26,077 nucleotides of DNA. Source: an uncultured Comamonadaceae bacterium (GTDB lineage: Bacteria > Bacteroidota > Bacteroidia > Flavobacteriales_D > Sanyastnellaceae). Numbering within the stretch: the first letter of the stretch is position 1; each line of letters begins with the position of its first letter. The notes below the pieces were generated by a model. The model saw nothing but the letters and a program-made list of their open reading frames with translations, had not been told where the DNA came from and searched no databases. Positions 16,577-25,306 of the stretch are shown piece after piece. The position numbers were made by a program, and so were the translations under genes. The DNA lies in contig CAZKMC010000006.1 of NCBI GenBank assembly GCA_964553485.1, positions 1 to 26,077 of the forward strand. The letters are read 5' to 3'.

Positions 16577-17545
16577 TCAACAAACTACCACAATCTTTCC
16601 TTTCGCCTGGTTACTCTCCATATAGCTATGAGCCTCTGCAACTTGGTCCAACTTGAAGGTGCTATCAATGCGAACTTTGATGTGTCCTGCTTCCACCTGA
16701 GAGATAAAATCCTGGAGCCTTTCTTTGCGAAGATTTTTCGCATCTCCCATGTAGACGGTGAGCCGACCCAAAGAAGGAATATCTCCCATGGGGGTGAACG
16801 AATCCATGGTCCAGGAATTTCCAAGGATGCCGGTCATGCATACCACACCTTTCGGTGCAATACATTTCAGTGAGTCTTTGAGGGTGACGGTTCCTACCAG
16901 TTCCAATACTTTGTGGACCCCAGTGGGAAATAATGCTTTGACCTGCTCTTCAACCGTCCCGTTGTCAATTACCACGTGATCCGCCCCATTATCGAGTAAG
17001 GCCTGAGATTTTTGAGGATTTCGCGTGGAAGAGATCACGGTAAGTCCCTGGAATTTGGCCATTTGTGCGCTCATCATTCCGATGGAAGAGGTGCCTCCTC
17101 TGATTAGCAATACTTCACCTTTCTGAATTTCCAATGCTTCGTTCAATGATCCGCTGACGGTCTGAAACATCTCGGGAAGGGCTCCCAACACAGACCAATC
17201 GAGCTTGCTCTCGAAAGGAAATACGATTCCGATGGGGACCAACACATATTCCGCATAACCACCGTCGAAGAACCGGCCCATACCCCCCATGATGGCGGCC
17301 ACCTGTTGGCCTTGAGAATAAGTGCCGGAAGGATCTTCTTCAACGATGCCCACACATTCGATTCCTTGAATTCTGGGAAATTCCACGCCTGGCGAATGTC
17401 CCTGACGCGTGAACATCTCAGAACGGTTCAGACCAAAGGCCTTTACCCTAATCAATACTTCCCCCTCAACCGCAATCGGGATAGGCCGCTCCTGAATTTC
17501 TATCACTTCCGGACCGCCCGCCCTATTTGTTACCGCTGCTCTCAT
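16577..17545 (-). CDS. MDR-superfamily NAD(P)H:quinone oxidoreductase-like protein (zinc-binding dehydrogenase family)
   Basis: 322 aa. GGPEV, VLIRVKAFGLNRSE, FDGGYAEY, nucleotide-binding LLIRGGTSSIG, C-terminal AHSYMESNQAKGKIVV. No obvious catalytic Zn Cys/His set. Confidence 0.9.
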   Translation of the reverse strand: MRAAVTNRAGGPEVIEIQERPIPIAVEGEVLIRVKAFGLNRSEMFTRQGHSPGVEFPRIQGIECVGIVEEDPSGTYSQGQQVAAIMGGMGRFFDGGYAEYVLVPIGIVFPFESKLDWSVLGALPEMFQTVSGSLNEALEIQKGEVLLIRGGTSSIGMMSAQMAKFQGLTVISSTRNPQKSQALLDNGADHVVIDNGTVEEQVKALFPTGVHKVLELVGTVTLKDSLKCIAPKGVVCMTGILGNSWTMDSFTPMGDIPSLGRLTVYMGDAKNLRKERLQDFISQVEAGHIKVRIDSTFKLDQVAEAHSYMESNQAKGKIVVVC

Positions 17546-17600
17546 CTGATTTTGGGTATTAACTAATAGCTATTAATTACTAACTATTAATTATTAGAAA

Positions 17601-18692
17601 TCACTCGTTATACCGCAGCACATCATGCCCACCATCCAGCAGGTATTTGTCGCGCTTGAAAAGGAGGATGTCTGCATCCATCATTTCAGTCACCAATTGC
17701 TTGAAAGGAATGGTGGCTTTCCAGCCAAGTTCTTTTTCTGCTTTCGAAGCGTCTCCAACAAGCAATTCAACTTCAGTAGGCCTGAAATATCTTGGGTCTA
17801 CTTCAATGATGATGTTTCCTGTGGCCTTGTCGATTCCTTTTTCGTCTACGCCTTTTCCTTTCCACTCCAGTTTCACGCCAACGTGGGCAAATGCAAGCTC
17901 AGCCATTTCTTTGATGCTATGCGTTTCGCCAGTGGCCAATACATAGTCATCTGCCACTTCTGTTTGCAACATGCGCCACATTCCTTCTACGTAGTCACGT
18001 GCATGACCCCAATCGCGCTGAGCATCTAAATTTCCTAGGTACAGTTTGTCCTGAAGCCCTAAAGAAAAACGTGCCGCAGCTCGAGTAATCTTCCGAGTCA
18101 CAAATGTTTCTCCTCTCAACGGACTTTCATGGTTGAAGAGGATGCCGTTGCACGCAAACATGCCGTATGCTTCTCGGTAGTTCTTGGTAATCCAGTATGC
18201 GTATAGTTTTGCAACCCCGTAAGGACTTCTAGGATAAAATGGAGTGGTTTCCTTTTGTGGAATTTCCTGCACTTTTCCATAGAGCTCAGAAGTGCTGGCT
18301 TGGTAAAATTTGCAAGTCTTTTCCATGCCCAGAATACGGATGGCTTCAAGCAATCTTAAAGTGCCTATCGCATCTGCATTGGCCGAGTATTCCGGAGTTT
18401 CGAAACTCACTTTCACATGACTTTGTGCGGCTAGGTTATAGATTTCGTCAGGGGCAATTTCTTTTACTAGTCGAATCAGGTTGGTAGAGTCTGTGAGGTC
18501 TCCGTAATGGAGGTACATCTTCACACCTTTTTCATGCTGATCTTGATAGAGGTGATCAATACGGTCCGTATTGAACATGGAGCTTCTACGCTTCAGTCCA
18601 TGAACTTCGTAGCCCTTGTCCAATAAGAGTTCTGCCAAGTATGCACCGTCTTGTCCGGTGATTCCAGTAATGAGTGCTTTTTTATTTGCCAT
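17601..18692 (-). CDS. gmd: GDP-mannose 4,6-dehydratase
   Basis: 363 aa. [50 protein letters not shown] (YxxxK), [21 protein letters not shown]. Confidence 0.97.
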   Translation of the reverse strand: MANKKALITGITGQDGAYLAELLLDKGYEVHGLKRRSSMFNTDRIDHLYQDQHEKGVKMYLHYGDLTDSTNLIRLVKEIAPDEIYNLAAQSHVKVSFETPEYSANADAIGTLRLLEAIRILGMEKTCKFYQASTSELYGKVQEIPQKETTPFYPRSPYGVAKLYAYWITKNYREAYGMFACNGILFNHESPLRGETFVTRKITRAAARFSLGLQDKLYLGNLDAQRDWGHARDYVEGMWRMLQTEVADDYVLATGETHSIKEMAELAFAHVGVKLEWKGKGVDEKGIDKATGNIIIEVDPRYFRPTEVELLVGDASKAEKELGWKATIPFKQLVTEMMDADILLFKRDKYLLDGGHDVLRYNE

Positions 18693-18708
18693 GCGATAGG
18701 ATTGGACG

Positions 18709-18716
18709 CAAAGGTA
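18709..18716 (-). promoter_or_regulatory. -7 promoter element for gmd
   Basis: TACCTTTG on the minus strand, 16 nt upstream of ATG 18692. Confidence 0.75.
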
Positions 18717-18741
18717 AAAAAGTAGCGCCCATGGTTCACAA

Positions 18742-20568
18742 CTAATTCAGTACTTGAAGATCTTGGAGGTTTCTATAGACTCCGGCGTCTACCTGCATCA
18801 GTTCTTCGTGGGTGCCTTGTTCTCTAATGGTTCCGTGCTCTAGAACCACAATTTTTGTGGCATTTCTTACGGTGCTCAGTCTGTGGGCAATCACTACGCT
18901 GGTGCGGCCTTCCATTAATTTGTCCAATGCATCCTGTACCAATCTTTCAGACTCTGAATCCAGGGAGCTGGTAGCTTCGTCCAAGATCAAAATGGTTGGG
19001 TTTTTCAACACCGCACGTGCAATCGCAATTCTTTGTCGCTGACCACCACTCAATTGAATTCCTCTTTCTCCCACCACCGTGTCCATACCATCTGGAAACT
19101 TCCGAATGAACTCCATGGCGTTTGCTTTGGATGCAGCAGCTTCGATCTCAGCGTCGCTCGCGTTGGGATCTCCGTAGGCAATGTTCTCTTTAATAGTACC
19201 GCCAAACAAAATGACTTCTTGCGGCACAAAGGCCATGTGCCTTCTCAGTTCACTCAGGTCATAGGACATTGCCGGTTTATTGTCGATCAGAATTTCACCT
19301 GTTACGGGACAATAAAACCGCTGAATCAATGAAGCAATGGTGCTCTTTCCAGAACCACTTGATCCTACTAACGCCACTTGAGCGCCTGCTGGAACATCAA
19401 AGGAAACTTCCTTCAATACCGGGACTTCTTTCCGGCTTTCATAATGGAAATTGACAAGTTTGAATTCGATCTTCCCATCCAAAGGAATACGTTTGGTGCC
19501 TGGATCTTCAAGGCTGACTTCTTCGGGGCTCAAATCAAGAATGTCCATTACATTTTCAATGGCTCCCATTCCACGTTGCAAAGCTCCGAACTGAGCGGCT
19601 ATTCCTCCAATGGAGCCGGCCACTAATCCTGTCATCAATAGGAAAGTAAAGAAATGTTCTGAAGCTAATTCCCCGCTCTTCATAAGGTCTGCACCTTTGA
19701 AAATAATGAGTGAAATAGCTCCGAAAATAAAGATGATGATGAACGAAGAAAACATGCCTCTCCAGGTTGCACCTTTCATTGCGAAGTTGCGAATGTCCTT
19801 GATGCTGGTAGCATAACGTGCCACTTCAAAAAACTCATTGGCAAAGCTTTTCACGTTCACGATACCTGTGAGAGTTTCCTGAACGATCACATTGCTTTCT
19901 GAGACTTTGTCCTGGGTCTTTTTACTCAACTTCCGGATGAAGCGTCCAAAGATGACCGCTACAATGATCATCACCGGTAGTGTGGCCAGCATCACTGCTG
20001 TCAAGGTAGGAGAGAAATACAACAAGGCGATGATTCCACCTGTGATGATGATCAACTGGCGAAGCAACTCGGCCATGGTAGTAGTGAACACATCCTGTAT
20101 AGAAGTGATGTCCGCAGAAATACGGCTGTTCAAATCACCCACACGCTTTTCATTGAAATACTGCATCGGCATCCTCAGAATGCGCTCGTAGGTGTCGCGG
20201 CGCAGTGCCAGCATCATTTTCTCTGTGATGTCGGCAAACATGTAAACCCTCACAAAAGACAAGACTGCTTGAACTACTAGCAATCCAAAAATGAAGACAA
20301 CAATGCTCTGAATGTTGTTCCAGTCTATTTCAATGTTGAAATATTTTTTAATATCGGGTTGTTCTGGACTTTGAACGCCTACACCTCCTAATTGTCCCCA
20401 CAGACGGGTGACCAAAAGGGTGAAACCACTGGACAATGAAATGATCAAAATTCCGAGGGCAAACTGCCAAGCGTATGGTTTTACATACTTGAATATTCGT
20501 CGAGACTTGCGCAGTGATTCTTTCGAAAACCCGCGTTTCTTTTTCTCTTTTTCAGCTTCTTGTTCCAA
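18742..20568 (-). CDS. ABC exporter, fused TMD-NBD half transporter (MsbA/ABCB-like)
   Basis: 608 aa. Six-TM domain; Walker A GSSGSGKS; signature LSGGQ; Walker [10 protein letters not shown]; H-loop IAHRL. The start codon is TTG 20568 (see findings). Confidence 0.93.
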   Translation of the reverse strand: MEQEAEKEKKKRGFSKESLRKSRRIFKYVKPYAWQFALGILIISLSSGFTLLVTRLWGQLGGVGVQSPEQPDIKKYFNIEIDWNNIQSIVVFIFGLLVVQAVLSFVRVYMFADITEKMMLALRRDTYERILRMPMQYFNEKRVGDLNSRISADITSIQDVFTTTMAELLRQLIIITGGIIALLYFSPTLTAVMLATLPVMIIVAVIFGRFIRKLSKKTQDKVSESNVIVQETLTGIVNVKSFANEFFEVARYATSIKDIRNFAMKGATWRGMFSSFIIIFIFGAISLIIFKGADLMKSGELASEHFFTFLLMTGLVAGSIGGIAAQFGALQRGMGAIENVMDILDLSPEEVSLEDPGTKRIPLDGKIEFKLVNFHYESRKEVPVLKEVSFDVPAGAQVALVGSSGSGKSTIASLIQRFYCPVTGEILIDNKPAMSYDLSELRRHMAFVPQEVILFGGTIKENIAYGDPNASDAEIEAAASKANAMEFIRKFPDGMDTVVGERGIQLSGGQRQRIAIARAVLKNPTILILDEATSSLDSESERLVQDALDKLMEGRTSVVIAHRLSTVRNATKIVVLEHGTIREQGTHEELMQVDAGVYRNLQDLQVLN

Positions 20569-20586
20569 GACTCATTTATTTTGGTG

Positions 20587-20594
20587 CAAAGGTA
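20587..20594 (-). promoter_or_regulatory. -7 promoter element for the ABC exporter
   Basis: TACCTTTG on the minus strand, 18 nt upstream of TTG 20568. Confidence 0.72.
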
Positions 20595-20779
20595 GGTGGT
20601 ATATTGAGATAGCACCGGATTAGAATCACAATTGATGTTGAAAAATAGTGTCCCCAGGAAATTTCAGATGAAAATTTAATTTGCTGTTTATCAGCGTTAT
20701 AGATCTGATAAGCAAGGAAAGTAGTAATGTTGTAGGTCATTTTTGAAAATCTGTAAAAAGGAATATTATCTTTAATTGT

Positions 20780-23700
20780 ATGAGAGGGAGTATGTTAAAG
20801 GGGCTGATGGCTATGTTCATTGGCTTTATTTCGTTCAGCCTGAGCGCCCAGGTTGTGATCAATGAATTTATGGCAGCCAATTCGTCTGCGGTCAACGACC
20901 CGGACTTCGATGACAGTGCTGACTGGGTGGAGTTATACAACACCTCCGCCAGCGCTGTTGATCTCACCGGATATTATCTAACTGACAACCTTAGTGATAC
21001 CACCAAGTGGATGTTCCCCGCGGGAACTTCGATTGCGGGAAACGGATTTTTGTTGATCTGGGCAGATGCAGTAAACATCGGTATTCATACTTCATTCAAG
21101 TTGAGCAGTATCGGAGAAGAAATTGGGCTGTATGATGCCGGGTTGAATTTACTCGACGGTTTTGTCTATTCGGTGCAAGAGACGGACCTAAGTTATGGAC
21201 GACAGAATGATGGAGCGGAAGTATGGGCTTGGTTTTCCGAATCTACCCCGGGGGCTTCGAACAATGTAGCTACTCCTTACGACGGAATCACTTTTTATCA
21301 GCCATTTTTCAGTCAGGAAGGTGGCTTTTTTGATGTGCAGCAATCCGTGGCGATTTCTGCTTTAGGCGGGGAGATCCACTATACATTGGACGGCAGAATT
21401 CCGACAGAATCAGACCCAATTTACACCACTCCCATTGTCTTTGATTCCAACACTTTTTTGAGGGCTCGGATATTTGTGGAGGGATTCATTCCTGGTCCCC
21501 CTGTCACTCATTCATATTTCTTTGAACCAACTTTCGAAGATCGCCAGTTACCAGTGGTTTCATTAGTGACCGATCCTGACTATTTCTGGGATCCAGAAAT
21601 AGGGATCTACGTACAGGACTTCAAACCGGAATGGGAACATGACCTGAACATTGAGTTTTTTGAGAATGATGGAAACAATCAATCTGTTTTCAATCAACGT
21701 GCGGGTGTAAAAGTGAATGGTCTTTGGAGTTGGCAGTTGCCGCAAAAGATGCTTGGTATCTATTTCCGAAATGAATATGGCGGCGATTTGGACTATCCGA
21801 TTTTTGCTGACCGTGTGCGTCCTTCTTATGACGAGTTCATTCTTCGTGCCAGCGGAAGTGATTGGGCCAACACGCTTTTTCGAGATGGAATTGGTCAAGA
21901 CCTGGTTCAGGAAAATGCCCCGATGTACAAACAAGGTATTCGCCCTTGCATTGTGTTTATCAATGGCGAATACCTGGGAATTCACAACATGCGTTCACGT
22001 TCGAGTGATCAGGAAATTGAATACATGTATGGAGTTGTTCCCAATAGTTTTGACATCATTGCGAATGATGGAGAGATTGAAGAAGGCTCGGATGTTCAGT
22101 ATTGGTATATGGATTCACTGTTCAATACAGACCTTTCGGTCGAAGAGAATTTTGTTGCATTGGCAGAGGTAGTTGACCTCCAGAATTTTGCAGATTACTG
22201 GATCACAGAGATCTGGTCAAGCAATAGCAGTTGGGGGCACAATGTGAAATTATGGAAGCCTAATAACGAAGGAAAATGGCAGTTTATCTTTGGTGATCTT
22301 GACCGTGGCTTCTCTGGCAGTACCAATGACCCTATCTCAGGTTTTTCAGTTCCACAGGGCGGGAATAATTATGACTACGCACGTTATTGGCTGCAGCACA
22401 TGTTTGAAAACCAAGAGTTTTCAAAATATTTCGCCCAGCGATTCAGTGATCACGTGTATACCTCCTTCCACCCCATAAGGGTGAATTCGAAGATCGATGA
22501 GTTCAAAAACAGACTTGACCCTGAAATAGCCTATCATGTTGAGAAATGGACTGGTACAACTTCGAACTATGGCGATGGAATAGTAACCGTGCAATTTTGG
22601 GAGGATCAAGTAGCGGCATTGCGCCAATTTGCAGAGGAAAGGCAGGGCTTTATAATGGAAGACCTTCAGTCTACTTTTGGACTGAGCACTATCTCAAACT
22701 TGGGTGCAGGAAGCTTTCCTACTCAAGGCGGAAAAATCCGCCTCAACAACTTTATGATTCCTGAATTGCCATGGAGTGGTCCTTATTTTGACAATATGCC
22801 ATTGACCATGACTGCTGTTCCAAACCCAGGGTATGATTTCTTTGGTTGGTCTATATACGATCAGCTTGCACTTGTTGACCTTGGTCAACAATGGCGTTAT
22901 CATGACCTCGGAGAAGATCTAGGAACGTCGTGGACAGCCACTTCATTTGATGATTCAAGCTGGGGGTCTGGAAATGCGGAACTTGGTTATGGCGACGGAG
23001 ATGAAGCTACCACAGTGTCCTTTGGTCCTGATGGAGGAAACAAATACATCACCACTTATTTCAGAAAGTCATTTGTATTTGACGGAACAGAGGACATCTA
23101 CAGTTGTGCACTGAACCTGCGCAGAGATGATGGTGCTGTGGTTTATTTGAATGGTTTGGAAGTGGTAAGGAGCAACATGCCAGCCGGAAATATTACCGCT
23201 ACCACACCTGCCGCAGGAGTAGTGGGAGGAGATGCTGAATCAAATCTCATCGAGTACATTTTTCAAGCGCCTTTGTCCAATGGTGCCAATGTGCTTGCAG
23301 TTGAGGTTCACCAGATCTCAGGCACGAGTTCAGACATCAGCTTTGATTTGAATTTGTCCATTGTCACACCAATACCTGAAATCATTTCTACTCAATTGAA
23401 TTTGCCAGTGACCTTGAACGGATCAACCGGTTACCTGGCAAGATATGTCCCCAATGGGGCGTGCATACTTCCCGCAGAAATTGCAGAAAACACCACGCTG
23501 ACCATTGATTGTTCTCCCTACCTCGCTAGCGGAGACACCTATGTGCTATCAGATGTTACACTAATCGTGGATCCAGGCGTTGAGATCTGGTTTCCCGAAG
23601 AAGCAAGACTCATTGTCCAGGGTGGCTTACAAGTCAATGGAACAGAATCTCAAGGGGTCATTTTCCGCAATAACGCAGACTATGGTGCGCAATCCTGGGG

Positions 23701-25252
23701 CAATCTTTCTTTTGATTCGAGCACAGAGGTGAACAATCTCAACTACCTGGAGTTGATCAATGCAACCAAAGGTGTGCATCCGATTCATGAAAGGGCTGCC
23801 ATCTCTTGCTGGTTTAGTGAGGTCAACATGGACCACATGACCTTGCTCAACAATCTGAACAACCCAATTTTTGGTGAATACTCAGATATTTCTCTCACGT
23901 CCAGTGTGTTACATTCACCAGTGTCGGGAGATTTAATCAATATCAAGTATGGAGATGGATATATCAGCGACTGCCAATTCATTGGAAATGATCAAGTCGA
24001 TACCGATGCCATTGACTATGATGAGGTCATCAACGGGGTCATCAGGAATTCAAGCATTGAAGGTTTCTACGGTTTCAATAGTGACGGGATCGACCTTGGA
24101 GAAGGATGTGAAAATATACTGATCGAAAATTGTCTCATCAATGATTGTACAGACAAGGGAGTGTCCATTGGTCAAAGTTCATCAGCATTGATTCAAAACA
24201 ATACCATTGCCAACTGCAACCTTGGAATCGGCATCAAAGATCTGGGAGAAGCAGAAGTAGATCATACCACCTTTTATTCAAACGCAATCGCAATTGCCGC
24301 ATTTGAGAAAAATCCTGGATTTGGCGGAGGAACCATTTCGGTTTCTAACTCTATTCTCTCCAATTCCAGCACCACACCGTGGTCAGTGGATGAGATGTCT
24401 TTCGGAATACCAGAGAACAATTTTTACAACACAGACACGATGCCCGGAACGTCAAATCTCTGGATGGACCCACTTTTTGAAAGCCCTTCATTTTATGATT
24501 TCCAACTTCAAGTTGAATCCCCTGCATTGAACGCTGGATTGGATGGAGAAAACCTTGGAACTCTGGACCACAGTTTTGTGGCACTTCCAAAAGTGATGAT
24601 CTCAGATATCCAGTATTTCCATCCAGAAAATGCTGATCAGGAATTTATCAAACTAGTTAATCCAGGAACTGAGACGCTCGACTTAAGTGGTTATGCTGTT
24701 TCAGTTGGAATTATTTTTAGTTTCCCGGAGGGCACCACCTTGGAGCCAGATGAAAAAATCATGTTGGTGCGCGACATCAACCTGTTCCCTTCTGAAACGG
24801 GACAGGTCTATGAGTGGACTTCTGGACAATTGGAAAACCAAGGAGAATTACTGCTTCTCACAGACAATCATGGCATTGTGGTGGATCACGTCAGTTATCT
24901 TCCTTTAGAACCATGGCCGCTCACGGATGATGCCGATGAGTATATCTCTTTGTCTTCTGTGTCGCTCGACAACCACTTTGCTTCAAGCTGGCAGCTGGAG
25001 AATGAATATGTGGGGCTTGAAGAAAACCATACAGCCAGTTTCAATGTCTACCCCAACCCAGCCAAAGACCATATTTCATTTGCTTCTTCAGTTACCATCG
25101 ATTCCTACAGAATTTATGATGCGTTAGGCAGGAAGAGATTGGAAGGTCGTCCCGAAGCAAAAATGGTCTCGCTTTCAACAGAAATACTAGAACCTGGTTT
25201 CTACCTCGTAACCATCAACGGAAGCTCCAACATGCGTTTTGTCAAACAATAA
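20780..25252 (+). CDS. T9SS-secreted multidomain CotH kinase-family protein: lamin-tail domain, CHB/Fn3-associated domain, CotH, galactose-binding-like domain, right-handed beta-helix, second lamin-tail domain, CTD
   Basis: 1490 aa. Signal peptide (start 20780 or 20792); VVINEFMAAN...DWVELYN (LTD); IHYTLDGRIPT; CotH-like QKMLGIYFR, VFINGEYLGIHNMR, GKWQFIFGDLDRGF; WGSGNAELGYGD...TTYFRKSF...DDGAVVYLNG; beta-helix DGIDLG...CTDKGVSIG...CNLGIGIKD; CTD FNVYPNPAKD...GFYLVTI. Confidence 0.85.
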   Translation: MRGSMLKGLMAMFIGFISFSLSAQVVINEFMAANSSAVNDPDFDDSADWVELYNTSASAVDLTGYYLTDNLSDTTKWMFPAGTSIAGNGFLLIWADAVNIGIHTSFKLSSIGEEIGLYDAGLNLLDGFVYSVQETDLSYGRQNDGAEVWAWFSESTPGASNNVATPYDGITFYQPFFSQEGGFFDVQQSVAISALGGEIHYTLDGRIPTESDPIYTTPIVFDSNTFLRARIFVEGFIPGPPVTHSYFFEPTFEDRQLPVVSLVTDPDYFWDPEIGIYVQDFKPEWEHDLNIEFFENDGNNQSVFNQRAGVKVNGLWSWQLPQKMLGIYFRNEYGGDLDYPIFADRVRPSYDEFILRASGSDWANTLFRDGIGQDLVQENAPMYKQGIRPCIVFINGEYLGIHNMRSRSSDQEIEYMYGVVPNSFDIIANDGEIEEGSDVQYWYMDSLFNTDLSVEENFVALAEVVDLQNFADYWITEIWSSNSSWGHNVKLWKPNNEGKWQFIFGDLDRGFSGSTNDPISGFSVPQGGNNYDYARYWLQHMFENQEFSKYFAQRFSDHVYTSFHPIRVNSKIDEFKNRLDPEIAYHVEKWTGTTSNYGDGIVTVQFWEDQVAALRQFAEERQGFIMEDLQSTFGLSTISNLGAGSFPTQGGKIRLNNFMIPELPWSGPYFDNMPLTMTAVPNPGYDFFGWSIYDQLALVDLGQQWRYHDLGEDLGTSWTATSFDDSSWGSGNAELGYGDGDEATTVSFGPDGGNKYITTYFRKSFVFDGTEDIYSCALNLRRDDGAVVYLNGLEVVRSNMPAGNITATTPAAGVVGGDAESNLIEYIFQAPLSNGANVLAVEVHQISGTSSDISFDLNLSIVTPIPEIISTQLNLPVTLNGSTGYLARYVPNGACILPAEIAENTTLTIDCSPYLASGDTYVLSDVTLIVDPGVEIWFPEEARLIVQGGLQVNGTESQGVIFRNNADYGAQSWGNLSFDSSTEVNNLNYLELINATKGVHPIHERAAISCWFSEVNMDHMTLLNNLNNPIFGEYSDISLTSSVLHSPVSGDLINIKYGDGYISDCQFIGNDQVDTDAIDYDEVINGVIRNSSIEGFYGFNSDGIDLGEGCENILIENCLINDCTDKGVSIGQSSSALIQNNTIANCNLGIGIKDLGEAEVDHTTFYSNAIAIAAFEKNPGFGGGTISVSNSILSNSSTTPWSVDEMSFGIPENNFYNTDTMPGTSNLWMDPLFESPSFYDFQLQVESPALNAGLDGENLGTLDHSFVALPKVMISDIQYFHPENADQEFIKLVNPGTETLDLSGYAVSVGIIFSFPEGTTLEPDEKIMLVRDINLFPSETGQVYEWTSGQLENQGELLLLTDNHGIVVDHVSYLPLEPWPLTDDADEYISLSSVSLDNHFASSWQLENEYVGLEENHTASFNVYPNPAKDHISFASSVTIDSYRIYDALGRKRLEGRPEAKMVSLSTEILEPGFYLVTINGSSNMRFVKQ

Positions 25253-25282
25253 TCGAGTGTTCTTGCCGCATCTTCCATTTCT

Positions 25283-25290
25283 TATCTTTC
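25283..25290 (+). promoter_or_regulatory. Possible -7 element variant for the PLD gene
   Basis: TATCTTTC, one mismatch to TAnnTTTG, 16 nt before ATG 25307. Confidence 0.45.
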
Positions 25291-25306
25291 GTGCACAATT
25301 CCCTGC

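Noticed and set aside
23324-23340. ggcacgagtt match to the REP inside the CotH gene (and ggcgcaagt in TolC near 7695)
   Set aside because: Only one arm matches; consistent with chance in coding sequence.
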